Under the pieces are notes generated by a model that was not told where the DNA came from, ran no database searches, and was given only the letters and a program-made list of their open reading frames with translations. A program made the translations under genes and the position numbers. A stretch of 64,000 nucleotides of DNA from Candidatus Poribacteria bacterium. GTDB lineage: Bacteria; Poribacteria; WGA-4E; GCA-2687025. This document shows, piece by piece, positions 8,285 through 17,565 of this stretch (within the stretch, counting starts at the first letter, position 1; each line of letters begins with the position of its first letter). The stretch covers positions 2,656,001 to 2,720,000 of the forward strand of contig OY762492.1 of the NCBI GenBank assembly GCA_963665845.2, read 5' to 3'.

Positions 8285-9655
8285 TCAGAGCGACAGGACA
8301 AACGCGACGAGAGCCGCCCTGTCGTTATGCGTCATCGTCTTAAACATTTCGCGGGCGGCTTCTGCTTCTCCGCCATGCCACAGAATCGCCTCCTCTATGG
8401 AGCGGGCGCGTCCGTCATGCAGCAGGTTCGTATGCCCGTTCACGACGGCGCTGAGCCCGATTCCCCATAGCGGCGGCGTGCGCCATTCGTTGCCGTCGGC
8501 GGCGTAGTCGGGCCTGCCGTCCGCCAGTTCGGGACCCATGTCATGCAGCAGCATGTCGGTGTAAGGATAGATTGTTTGGTTGGAGACTTCGGGGACATCC
8601 GCCAAGACGCCTGTTCTCAATTCGGGAACATGGCAGGAGGAGCATTGCGCCTCCGTAAACAGCCGTTCCCCGCGTCGAACCTGCGGGTCGTTCACATTGC
8701 GGCGCGCCGGGACCGCCAGCGTCTGTATATAAAAGGTCACGGCGTCCAAAATCTCGTCGCTAATCTCCGGATCGTCCATCCGGTCGTCCGATTGGAGCTG
8801 TCCGTAAGACGACTCGCGCGGGAAAAGCGAGGTGGTGACGCCCATGTCGTCATGGTACGCCGCCGCCGTCTGCTGCCGCAGCGAGGGCTGATTCGCCTTC
8901 CATCCGAATCGTCCGAGCGCAAACCGCCCCGTCTCGACATCGGTCACATAATTGGGCTTGCCTGAAATGCCGTCTCCGTCCGCGTCATGCTCGTCGGCGA
9001 GGCTCAAGATATACTCTTCAGAGACCGCCTCAAGCAGCCCCAGACCGAAGACGGGGCGCGGCATCCGCAGGGAGGTCAGCGTTTCCGCCGGCAGCGGCGT
9101 GTAGGCGTCCTGAATGTCAGGTTCCGGGACGCGCAGCTCGTAGGAGCGTCCGTCCGCGGTTTTGACGACGACGATGCGGTAATGGACGGCGACGGTCGCT
9201 TCCGGCTCCGAGTTGATGATCGCGCGGTCGTTCAGCTGTCCGCCGTAGCCGGGTACGGGCGTCGGCGCGCCGCCGTTCGACATGTCGTCGGGCAGGCTAA
9301 GGCGTATGAGCGCGGAGCCGAGCGGCCCGCCCTGCATCGGAGCGGGGGCGCGCCCGTCCCGCGGATGGCAAAACACGCATGAAGCGCTGTTGAAAAGAGG
9401 TCCCAGACCGCTGTTCACCTCGGCGGGAGCCGTCACAAACACCGCTTCAAATTGCGCGTCTCCCTCCAGATGCAGATCAAGACCTTCTTCATCAAGATTC
9501 GGCGCCGGCATGGAATAGGCATGGCTGGAGGCGTCGAACACGGTCGTATCTCCGCCGGCAAGCGGAATCTCCATGTCCATGTCGGTGTCGTCTCCGCAGC
9601 CCGCCAGCAAAGCCGCTATCCCGATCAGCGCTCCGATGCGCGTTATTGCTCTCAT
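8285..9655 (-). CDS. Di-heme oxidoreductase family lipoprotein (DHOR)
   Basis: Lipobox LAGC; two CxxCH motifs (CVFCH, CSSCH); GRFGWKA; WRTPPLWG; LLHDGRAR. Confidence 0.92.
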   Translation of the reverse strand: MRAITRIGALIGIAALLAGCGDDTDMDMEIPLAGGDTTVFDASSHAYSMPAPNLDEEGLDLHLEGDAQFEAVFVTAPAEVNSGLGPLFNSASCVFCHPRDGRAPAPMQGGPLGSALIRLSLPDDMSNGGAPTPVPGYGGQLNDRAIINSEPEATVAVHYRIVVVKTADGRSYELRVPEPDIQDAYTPLPAETLTSLRMPRPVFGLGLLEAVSEEYILSLADEHDADGDGISGKPNYVTDVETGRFALGRFGWKANQPSLRQQTAAAYHDDMGVTTSLFPRESSYGQLQSDDRMDDPEISDEILDAVTFYIQTLAVPARRNVNDPQVRRGERLFTEAQCSSCHVPELRTGVLADVPEVSNQTIYPYTDMLLHDMGPELADGRPDYAADGNEWRTPPLWGIGLSAVVNGHTNLLHDGRARSIEEAILWHGGEAEAAREMFKTMTHNDRAALVAFVLSL

Positions 9656-9664
9656 GGTTTCTCC

Positions 9665-10756
9665 TTACTGGATGTCGGCGGCATCAATCAATGGAACGAC
9701 GTCGCTTTCGAGCGTCGTTTGAACGACCCGCACCGCGTCGATCGCCGCCTCTACATCCGGGCGCGCGTTTGTAATCGCGTCGCGGAACGGCGGAGGTATC
9801 GCGCCGATTGCGGCGATGGCCGCCTCAATCTCGCCTTTGAGCCGAGTATCCAGCGCTGAGTCCTGCCCAGCGACAAATTCGGTCAAACCCATGCCCGTCG
9901 TCCCTTGGTATCTGCCAAGATAAGCGTTCTGGATGCCGCGAATGTTGTTCTGAAAATCGGCGATGGAGTTGAAGCTGAACTGCGATTCGACCAGCGTCGT
10001 ATCCTCTTCGTTGTACGGGTCGGAGATTTTGCCGTTCGCCACCTCGTCGGCGATCGTGATCATTCCGTTGACGATCTCTTGAACAGCCGCCTTTTTGGAG
10101 ACGTATATTTGGCTTGACACGCCTGCGTTCACAAAATCGCCCAGAAAGTTGCCGCCGTCCGAACTCCACGCGGCATAGAGCGCCGACGTGTCGCCTTTCA
10201 AACTTTCGGTCACCGCCGTCAGATACTCGATCTCACGGGTCGTCAGGTCGGACGCCTTTTTCTGGCTTCCGACGCCAAACAGCAGGTATTCGATGGTGTG
10301 GAACCCTTTCAGCGTCTCTTCCAGCGAGTCGACCGTCTCTTTCGTGAGCGTTTGATTGCTCGCCAAGACGGCGTCCAGATCGACGCGGTTGACGGGCCAG
10401 CTGTCCAGTTTCGGATCGATGCCGAGCGTGTCGACAGGACCGAAGAGCCACGCCTCGCTCTGCTCCCACGGGATGCGCGTCGCTGTCCATGCGTCCTGCG
10501 CGTCGGTCAGGTTCGCGTCGCTGACGTCGCTTTCGAGATTCAGAACGGCGGAGAGCAGGACGCTCGCCGCCTCGTCCAGATCAGCGTAGGTTGCGAGAAC
10601 GATCTTATTGGCGTAGTCGTTTATCAAGACCGTCGCGTCGAACCCTTCGATCGGGTCAACATCGTCTTCGCCGCAGCCGACTGCGAGCGTCAAGAGCGGC
10701 AGACAGACGGCAAGCGCCGCCAGACGTGTGAAGATACTCGTTGCGTTTTTGGTCAT
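9665..10756 (-). CDS. Imelysin (peptidase M75 / IrpA-like) iron-uptake lipoprotein
   Basis: Lipobox AVGC; WEQSEAWLFGP; LDSWP; GFHTIE (GxHxxE). Confidence 0.92.
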   Translation of the reverse strand: MTKNATSIFTRLAALAVCLPLLTLAVGCGEDDVDPIEGFDATVLINDYANKIVLATYADLDEAASVLLSAVLNLESDVSDANLTDAQDAWTATRIPWEQSEAWLFGPVDTLGIDPKLDSWPVNRVDLDAVLASNQTLTKETVDSLEETLKGFHTIEYLLFGVGSQKKASDLTTREIEYLTAVTESLKGDTSALYAAWSSDGGNFLGDFVNAGVSSQIYVSKKAAVQEIVNGMITIADEVANGKISDPYNEEDTTLVESQFSFNSIADFQNNIRGIQNAYLGRYQGTTGMGLTEFVAGQDSALDTRLKGEIEAAIAAIGAIPPPFRDAITNARPDVEAAIDAVRVVQTTLESDVVPLIDAADIQ

Positions 10757-10808
10757 GGTTTTCCTTTCGCGTTTTATTGACAGCCCATGCGGGCTGGTTG
10801 ATTTAGGT

Positions 10809-12029
10809 TCACAGGACGAACCCAAAGCCGAAGCTGAATGTGTCCTCTTTCTTGAGCGTGTCGGAGCCTAAGCGGCGCCAGGTGTAATGCGTTTTGAAGA
10901 TCAGCTGCGACGCGGGCGCGAAGTTGAGCCCGAGCGTCAACGCTTGCCGATCCCAGCGCGGATTGTCGAAGGCGCCGTCGGGGACGCGGAACATCGTGTC
11001 GTAACCCTCAACCTGCCCAAAGAGAATCAGCTCCTTGTTGAAGCCGCCGATGAGCGTTCCGATGTCATATCCGCCTTCGATGCGCCATCCGAGGGCGGCG
11101 CTGCCGACAGGCGTTCGTTTCACGTTCAGTTTGTTGGACAGGTTGCGGTTGAGGCGGGAGATTTCGCCTGCGTTTTGGAGCGCGCCGTAAAGCAGAAGCC
11201 CACGCGCCCTCACCGGCCCGCTTTCATAAACGGCATGCAGGTCGGCGATGAACACATGCGCGTCCAGATCGGTGTCCGGCTTGGGGCGGTTGTCCGCCGT
11301 ATCGCTCCAGTAGACGGACGCCCCGAAATGCGAGTCGGACATCGGATGCCCGTAGTCGAGTCGGGCGGCGAGGGCGATGTTGTCCGCATTGACCGTCTCA
11401 AAACGGGTCTGATGTCCGCGCGCGACCCATGAGGCGGAGCTGAAGCCTGTTGAATCGAGTCCTGTTATGGCGAGAACATGGTAAAAAAGCGGTCCGGCAT
11501 TGCCGACAGCGCCGACGCCCGTTTCATGCCATACGACGGGGATGATGCTGCTTTCCGACTCCGACGGCTCGACGGTGAACGACTGCATCGGCGTGTGCCG
11601 AAGCGTTTGAAGCCCCATCGGGACGAGGAGATGTCCAAACTGAATGTCCAGGTTGGGATGGACGGAGGCGGTCAAGATCAGTTCTTCGATCAGCACCTCT
11701 CCGCCGACCTCCACCTCTTGTTCAAATTCGCCGAACTCTTCGAGCCGGTCGAATTCCATTGTGGAGCCTGTGCCGCCATGTTCGATTTCGACCTCCACTT
11801 CGAGCTGGATATTTTTTGTGAGGTCCGACCAGAATTCGACGACCAGTTTGTTCAGGTCGACAGCGGCTCTTCGTTCGGGTTCCCAGTCCCAGTTGAAGTT
11901 GGAGTAGTGCATGTTGCCTCTGGCTCCGAAGACGGTCTTGCTTTCTTGCGCGGAAGCTGTTGCGCCGGTCAACGCTGTCAGAGCTGCGCATAAGAACGCG
12001 CAGGCAAGCGTATTGATATTTAGTCTCAT
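10809..12029 (-). CDS. Outer-membrane porin of the imelysin iron-uptake locus
   Basis: Signal peptide, EIEHGG, IIPVVWHETG, alternating beta-strand pattern, C-terminal FGFGFVL. Confidence 0.85.
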   Translation of the reverse strand: MRLNINTLACAFLCAALTALTGATASAQESKTVFGARGNMHYSNFNWDWEPERRAAVDLNKLVVEFWSDLTKNIQLEVEVEIEHGGTGSTMEFDRLEEFGEFEQEVEVGGEVLIEELILTASVHPNLDIQFGHLLVPMGLQTLRHTPMQSFTVEPSESESSIIPVVWHETGVGAVGNAGPLFYHVLAITGLDSTGFSSASWVARGHQTRFETVNADNIALAARLDYGHPMSDSHFGASVYWSDTADNRPKPDTDLDAHVFIADLHAVYESGPVRARGLLLYGALQNAGEISRLNRNLSNKLNVKRTPVGSAALGWRIEGGYDIGTLIGGFNKELILFGQVEGYDTMFRVPDGAFDNPRWDRQALTLGLNFAPASQLIFKTHYTWRRLGSDTLKKEDTFSFGFGFVL

Positions 12030-12030
12030 T
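12012..12030 (-). promoter_or_regulatory. Fur-like box overlapping the porin start codon
   Basis: Minus strand AATGAGACTAAATATCAAT; 7-1-7 dyad resembling TGATAATnATTATCA. Confidence 0.6.
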
Positions 12031-12130
12031 TACATTATACTCCTTTGAAAAACCCATATATGCGGTTTGCCATCCGATTGAACGCATTGATTCTGCTTAT
12101 CCATTCGCCGATGCGTCCGCCTTTATAGAT

Positions 12131-12149
12131 ATTGATATTCAATCTCATT
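12131..12149 (-). promoter_or_regulatory. Fur-like box
   Basis: Minus strand AATGAGATTGAATATCAAT; 17/19 identical to the box at 12012. Confidence 0.7.
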
Positions 12150-12181
12150 TATCTCGCCTTATTACCCAACCCTTTTCTAAA

Positions 12182-12210
12182 ACCTTAGCCGAACCCATCC
12201 CGCCTGTCAA
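12182..12210 (-). promoter_or_regulatory. Sigma70-like promoter of the iron locus
   Basis: Minus strand TTGACA-N17-TAAGGT. Confidence 0.65.
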
Positions 12211-12229
12211 ATGTTTTTGATGAGCTTAT

Positions 12230-12315
12230 CCTTAAAGTAGGGACCTTCAGCCTGACAAACGCGGACGGTTTCTGCCGGGACTTGGATTCCCGCGCGCTTT
12301 ACCGGGGCTGGAATA
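12230..12315. repeat. Degenerate MITE end plus palindrome
   Basis: AAAGTAGGGACC...ACGCGGACGGTTTC...GGATTCCCGCG aligns with the MITE right end at 18860-18915. Confidence 0.6.
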
Positions 12316-12342
12316 TTGTCCTTACTCAAGGGACAAGATCGG

Positions 12343-15300
12343 TTATTTTAAAACGACCATGCGCCGCATCGCTGTGAATGAACCCGCCTCAATGCGGGCG
12401 TAATAAATCCCGCTGGCGGCAGGTTCGCCTAAGGCGTTCCGCCCGTCCCAATGAGCCGCCTTCGATCGGCTGCGGTAGGTTCCCGCCGGCAACTGCCCAA
12501 GTTCTAACGCGCGAACCGTCTGACCCGCCGCGTTGTAGATCGTCAACTTCACGCGCGACGCTTCCGCCAACTCAAACGGGATCCATGTCTCTGGGTTGAA
12601 CGGGTTGGGGTAATTCGGCAGGAGAACCGTTTTGGACGGTATCTCGGTCATGAGAAGCCTGCCGAAGTCGACCGCGCCGCGCGCGATGTCTTGTTGAGTA
12701 AGCGCATAGCGGACGCTCTGAACGCCGCCGAACGCGCCTGCCGGGTCTGCAACGCGCAATTCAAACAGATCGCCGACCGCATAGCCGTCGCCGAAAAGGT
12801 CTAAAAAGACGACCGAAAAACGCCCGTCTTCAGACGACGCGCCTGCCGCGGCGGTCAAGGTCTGACCAGTCCGCAGATGCGTTACGGACGCCGCAATCCC
12901 GTTGAGCGGAGCCAACCCGTCCTCTAGCGAAAGGAGGCCCGACGCGGCCAGCGCCGAAACGGAGGCAGTATCCCGCTGCGAAACGGACGCCGCCGCGGCC
13001 GTTGCCGCCGCGGCGTCGTTCGTCCATGCTTCGCCGTCGAAGGTCAAGACGGTTGCCTCGCTGGCTATGAGGATATACCCTTTGCCGCCAACCAGAGGCT
13101 CGTTCAATACCGACCCGACCGCATGCTTGAATTTGCCGTCCTTTTCAAGAAAGCATGTCGTCGCCGCCGCGTCCATGCTCATCAAGTCGCCCACTGTGGC
13201 GACCGATCCGCTGCGCGGAACCCCGATGAGATTGACGCCTTGGCGCAGGGGTACCTGCGTCGGCAGAAGCCCGCCTGTGAACGTTACCGATTTTGCCGAC
13301 AGCATAATCGCCAGAACAGCCCCCGAATCGCGCAGGGGGGGTCCTGTTCCAGCTCCAAAATACGCCGCGAATTGGCCGTCCGCCGTCTGAACGACAAGGG
13401 CGCCGACCGCCTCTGAACCGCCCAGTTTTTTGTACAGATCCTCCGCGTTTTCAAGTTCGGGATCGTTCACAGGCGCATGAATCATGTTCAAGCCGGCGTT
13501 TAGGCGGAGCGTGAACGACGCGTCGGGAATGAGCGCCAAGACCGCGTAGGAAGCCGCATCGTTGGGGTTTCCGTCGGCGTCTTGCGCGGCGCCGACGGGA
13601 ACGGTCACAACGACGGGGCCGGTTGCCGCCGGCGCAATGACCGCCGTATAGTTGACGCCGGAGCCTTCGAGGCTTACCGCTTCGCCGTTGGTCGCTTCAA
13701 TGTCGGACGCTTCAAAGCCTGTGACGGTTTTGCTGAAGGAGATTGCCGCTTCAAAGGAACCTGTAACGATGCCTTCCGGACCCGTTATCAATGTCGATGG
13801 GGCAACGATACTGACGCCGCGCGGCCAGATGCGTATCGTGTCGTCCTGGCTGGCGCTGGCGAGCCTGGAGCCGTCGGGAGAATACGCGACCGATGTGACG
13901 CTTCCCGTATGCCCGGTGAGCGTTTCGATATGCGCGCCCGTTTGCGCGTCCCAGATGCGAATCGTGTCGTCGCGGCTGGCGCTGGCAATCCTGGAGCCGT
14001 CCGGCGAATAAACGGCGGATAGGACGCTTCCGGTATGCCCGGTGAGCGTCTGCAGCGTTTCGCCCGTGTTGGGGTTCCAGATGCGGATCGCGGCGTCCTG
14101 GCTTCCGCTGACGAGCCTGGAGCTGTCCGGAGAAAACGCCGCTGAATAGACAGAGTTTGTATGTCCCGTGAGCGTTTGGAGAAGCTCGCCTGTCCCGGCG
14201 TTCCAGATGCGTATCGTGTCGTCGTCGCTGCCGCTGGCGAGCATGGTTCCGTCCGGCGAATACGCTACTGATCGGACATAATCGGTATGCCCCGTGAGCG
14301 TTTGGAGAAGCTCGCCTGTATCGGCGTTCCAGACGCGGATTGTGTCGTCCCGACTGGAGCTGGCGATCCTGGAGCCGTCCGGCGAGTAGGCGGCAGACCT
14401 GACCGTATCCGTATGTCCAGTGAGCGTTTGGAGAATTTCGCCCGTCTCGGCGTTCCAGACGCGGATCGTGTCGTCGGCGCCGGCGCTGGCAATCCTGGAG
14501 CCGTCCGGCGAGTACGTTACAGAAATGACAGAGCCTGTATGTCCAGCGAGCGTCTGCAGCGTTTCGCCTGTGCTGGGGTTCCATATGCGTATTGTGTCAT
14601 CGTCGCTGGCGCTGGCGAGCGAGGCGCCGTCCGGCGAATACGCCGCCGACCAGACATTGCCGGTATGCCCGCTTAAAATCTGCGAGCTTACGGCGGAAGG
14701 CTCATAGACGACGGAAAATTCGTTGGAGGCTTGGTTGGCGCCCGCCGCGTTGGCGGGGACGCTTACGCGCACCGTCCCTGCGCGGGTCGGCGCAATGGTC
14801 GCCGTATAGGTTTTGCCGCTGCCGGTAAGTTTCGTCACGGAGCCGTTGGTCGCTTCAATATCGGACGCTTCAAAGCCCGCGACCTCCGCGCTGAATGCGA
14901 TCGTCACATTGAACAGACCCGCCTGGACGCCGGTCGGGCCGGAGACGGTTACGGAGGGCGGTTCATAGACGACGGAGAACTTGTTGGAGGCTTCTTTGTT
15001 GCCCGCCGCGTTGGCGGGAACGCTTACGCTCACCGTCCCGGGTAGGATCGGCGCAATGGTCGCCGTGTAGGTTTTGCCGCTGCCGGTAAGTTTCGTCACG
15101 GCTCCGTTTGTTGTTTCAAGATCGGACGCATCAAAGCCTGTGACATCCTCGCTGAAGGCGATCGTCACATTGAAAGGTCCTCCCTGAGCGCTGGTCGGTC
15201 CGGAGATGGTCACAGAGAGCGGGGCAAGATCGCTGACATTCCAGATTCGAACCGCTCTATCGACGCTTCCGCTGGCGACGTTCCGTCCGTCCGGCGAATA

Positions 15301-16194
15301 GGCGACCGAATAGACATCATCCGTATGTCCCTGGAGCGTTCGGAGATGCGCGCCTGTGTCGGCGTCCCAGATGCGAACCGTGTTGTCGGCGCCGCCGCTG
15401 ACGAGTCTTGTCCTGTCGGGCGAATAGGCGACCGATTTGACTTCGTCCGTATGTCCTTGGAGCGTTCGGATGCGGGAGCCTGTATTCGCGTCCCAGATAA
15501 TGATCGTTCCGTTGTCGTTGTCGTCGTCGCTTCCGCCTCCGCTAGCAATTTTCTTTCCGTCCGGCGAATACGTTACAGAATAAACATCATCCGTATGTCC
15601 CTGGAGCGTTCGGAGAAGCGTGTACGTATCAGTGTTCCAGATGCGAACCGCGTTGCCGCTTCCGCTGACGAGTCTTGTCCCGTCGGGCGAATAGGCAACC
15701 GATTCGACGTCGCTCGTACCTTGGAGCGTTCGGATGCGGTCGCCTGTTGCGGCGTTCCAGATACGGATCGTTCCGTTGTCGCTTCCGCTGACGATCCTTG
15801 ACCCGTTTCGCGAATAGGCGACCGAATTGACATCATTCGCGCTGAGCATGTGGAGAAACGCGCCCGTGTCGGCGTTCCAGATGCGAACCGTGTTGTCGTC
15901 CCCGCCGCTGACGAGTCTTGTCCCGTCGGGCGAATAGGCAACCGATTCGACGCCGTCCGTATGTCCTCGGAGCGTTCGGATGCGGTCGCCTGTTTTGACG
16001 TCCCATATGAGGATCGTTCCATCGTCGCTGGCGCTGGCGATTTTAGTCCCGTCTGGAGAATACGCGACCGAATACACTTCGCCCGTGTGACCTGTCAGCG
16101 TTTTAAGGGTTTGCGCTTGGCTGTTATGCGCCAGAAAAGCGGCGGCAACAGCAAAGCAAAAGGCTGTGGAAAAAGCGGAAGTAAGGCGTTTCAT
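12343..16194 (-). CDS. Large secreted protein: two WD40 propellers, three Ig-like domains and a C-terminal FlgD-Ig/T9SS-like sorting domain
   Basis: Signal peptide from ATG 16194 (GGAGG RBS); repeats of GHT..V.SVAYSPDG..ASxSxDxTIRIW; Ig repeats FNVTIAFS..VxGFxASD; C-terminal LLPNYPNPFNPETWIPF...WDGRN..GE..ASGIY. Confidence 0.92.
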   Translation of the reverse strand: MKRLTSAFSTAFCFAVAAAFLAHNSQAQTLKTLTGHTGEVYSVAYSPDGTKIASASDDGTILIWDVKTGDRIRTLRGHTDGVESVAYSPDGTRLVSGGDDNTVRIWNADTGAFLHMLSANDVNSVAYSRNGSRIVSGSDNGTIRIWNAATGDRIRTLQGTSDVESVAYSPDGTRLVSGSGNAVRIWNTDTYTLLRTLQGHTDDVYSVTYSPDGKKIASGGGSDDDNDNGTIIIWDANTGSRIRTLQGHTDEVKSVAYSPDRTRLVSGGADNTVRIWDADTGAHLRTLQGHTDDVYSVAYSPDGRNVASGSVDRAVRIWNVSDLAPLSVTISGPTSAQGGPFNVTIAFSEDVTGFDASDLETTNGAVTKLTGSGKTYTATIAPILPGTVSVSVPANAAGNKEASNKFSVVYEPPSVTVSGPTGVQAGLFNVTIAFSAEVAGFEASDIEATNGSVTKLTGSGKTYTATIAPTRAGTVRVSVPANAAGANQASNEFSVVYEPSAVSSQILSGHTGNVWSAAYSPDGASLASASDDDTIRIWNPSTGETLQTLAGHTGSVISVTYSPDGSRIASAGADDTIRVWNAETGEILQTLTGHTDTVRSAAYSPDGSRIASSSRDDTIRVWNADTGELLQTLTGHTDYVRSVAYSPDGTMLASGSDDDTIRIWNAGTGELLQTLTGHTNSVYSAAFSPDSSRLVSGSQDAAIRIWNPNTGETLQTLTGHTGSVLSAVYSPDGSRIASASRDDTIRIWDAQTGAHIETLTGHTGSVTSVAYSPDGSRLASASQDDTIRIWPRGVSIVAPSTLITGPEGIVTGSFEAAISFSKTVTGFEASDIEATNGEAVSLEGSGVNYTAVIAPAATGPVVVTVPVGAAQDADGNPNDAASYAVLALIPDASFTLRLNAGLNMIHAPVNDPELENAEDLYKKLGGSEAVGALVVQTADGQFAAYFGAGTGPPLRDSGAVLAIMLSAKSVTFTGGLLPTQVPLRQGVNLIGVPRSGSVATVGDLMSMDAAATTCFLEKDGKFKHAVGSVLNEPLVGGKGYILIASEATVLTFDGEAWTNDAAAATAAAASVSQRDTASVSALAASGLLSLEDGLAPLNGIAASVTHLRTGQTLTAAAGASSEDGRFSVVFLDLFGDGYAVGDLFELRVADPAGAFGGVQSVRYALTQQDIARGAVDFGRLLMTEIPSKTVLLPNYPNPFNPETWIPFELAEASRVKLTIYNAAGQTVRALELGQLPAGTYRSRSKAAHWDGRNALGEPAASGIYYARIEAGSFTAMRRMVVLK

Positions 16195-16372
16195 CAAAGA
16201 ATCCTCCGTTCGCGGCGATGAGGTCTGTATCGGATTGAAAGCTGCACATACGCCGACCAACGCCTGCCGAACCTTTAGCGTAAACAACAAGTTTGGCTGA
16301 AGGTCCGGCGGCGCAATTCAGCGTCTTTGAAAGCGTGAAAACCTTAATAGCCCTTATCGGGGCAGGTTGCCG

Positions 16373-16729
16373 TCAGTCGTCTCTGCGGCGTCGATCGTCG
16401 TCATCATCATCGTTTCTGCGGCGCCGGTCGTCGTCATCATCGTCGTCTCTGCGGCGCCGGTCGTCGTCATCGTCGTCGTCATCGTCATCGTCATCATCGT
16501 ACCGATCATCGTCGTACCGGTCGTCGTCATCATCGTCATCGTCGCCGCCGCGCCGGTTGTTGTTCCGGTCGTCGTCACCGTCGTCGTAGTACCGGTCGTC
16601 ATCGTATCTGTCATCGTCGTAGCGATCGTCGTACCGGTCGTCGTCCAGATAATAATCGTCGTGGTCTTCGCCGCACGAGACCAAACAGGCGACGCCAAGA
16701 ACTGCCGCCGCAAACATTGCCCACTTCAT
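16373..16729 (-). CDS. Asp/Arg/Tyr-rich low-complexity lipoprotein
   Basis: GGAGG RBS; MKWAMFAAAVLGVACLVS-C lipoprotein signal; then DDDRY repeats and poly-D/RRRR blocks. Confidence 0.75.
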   Translation of the reverse strand: MKWAMFAAAVLGVACLVSCGEDHDDYYLDDDRYDDRYDDDRYDDDRYYDDGDDDRNNNRRGGDDDDDDDDRYDDDRYDDDDDDDDDDDDDRRRRDDDDDDDRRRRNDDDDDDRRRRDD

Positions 16730-16809
16730 GATTGTCCTCCAGAGTTTCCGTTGCGCTGTCTGTATAACATACCGAATCAAAATGCGCAATGCGGGACTTT
16801 AGCGTACCC

Positions 16810-16936
16810 TTAGAGTTGGGACATTCCGCTTGACGAACGCGGGCGGCTTCTGCGGCGCCCGTCCTTTAAACCCCCCTAGCCCCCTTTTCAAGGGGGGAAT
16901 CGGACGCGGCGCCGCGAATATCCCGTATGAGCGTAC
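16810..16936. repeat. MITE end plus C/G hairpin module, overlapping the 3' end of the DUF123 gene
   Basis: AGTTGGGACA at ~16815; CCCTAGCCCCC..AAGGGGGGAATCGGACGCG..GAATATCCC.TATGAGCGTAC is also present at 18929-18988. Confidence 0.8.
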
Positions 16937-17540
16937 GAACTTTGACGGGAAGCTGGCGCCACCATGCCTCCTCCGCATCGATTTTGAGAATGTGCGTGTT
17001 GCCGGGTATGTCGTTCGCGCCGAGTCCTTTTTCGATAACGGACGCGCATGGGTCCTTTAAAATGAGCTGTCCCAGTTCCCGTTCGATCTTGGCGCGTGTC
17101 CGCAAAATGACGGCGCCAATCAGTTCCGCCTCCGACCTGTCCAGCAGATGATCGATGTTCCAGTGGAGCCGCTTGCCGTTTCTCGGCAGCAGATTTCCTT
17201 CGCCGAGCTGAATCGACGGAAAAAACTGAAGAAAGGTTTGTTGAATCGGATGCGGCGGCAGATCGCCTGTACGCGACGCATGGCGCGCGAGCCGACGCGC
17301 GAGCGATACGCCCCCTTTGGACGCCAGCGCCGAGCCGACGTAAAGATACTCGCCGGCGGGGGTATGAATCGGCTTCGCTTTTTTAAACCGTCCGTACGGC
17401 ATCGTCAAACTCTCGCGGACATGGATGCGCAGCAGGTAGGCTCCCGACGGCTCCTCTCCGCCGCAGACGGCGATGAAAAAGCGGCTTGAAGGCGCGCGGC
17501 GCGTCTTTATTTGCAATTGGGAGCCTGAATTCGTTAACAT
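16866..17540 (-). CDS. DUF123 / GIY-YIG (Uri) superfamily protein (start uncertain)
   Basis: GAYLLRI, GEYLYVGSA, RRLARH and KRLHWNIDHLL motifs. Confidence 0.8.
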   Translation of the reverse strand: MLTNSGSQLQIKTRRAPSSRFFIAVCGGEEPSGAYLLRIHVRESLTMPYGRFKKAKPIHTPAGEYLYVGSALASKGGVSLARRLARHASRTGDLPPHPIQQTFLQFFPSIQLGEGNLLPRNGKRLHWNIDHLLDRSEAELIGAVILRTRAKIERELGQLILKDPCASVIEKGLGANDIPGNTHILKIDAEEAWWRQLPVKVRTLIRDIRGAASDSPLEKGARGV

Positions 17541-17565
17541 AACCATGTTCACTTCGGCGGAGGGC

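Noticed and set aside
12241-16306. 12-bp inverted repeat GGACCTTCAGCC flanking the giant WD40 gene, suggesting a mobile cassette
   Set aside because: The left copy is part of a degenerate MITE end; there is no transposase or TSD, so this is likely chance
16293-16813. Poly-Ser, poly-Val/Ile and poly-Thr/Met ORFs in other frames
   Set aside because: Shadow frames of the GAY-rich lipoprotein gene; only the Asp frame has an RBS and signal peptide
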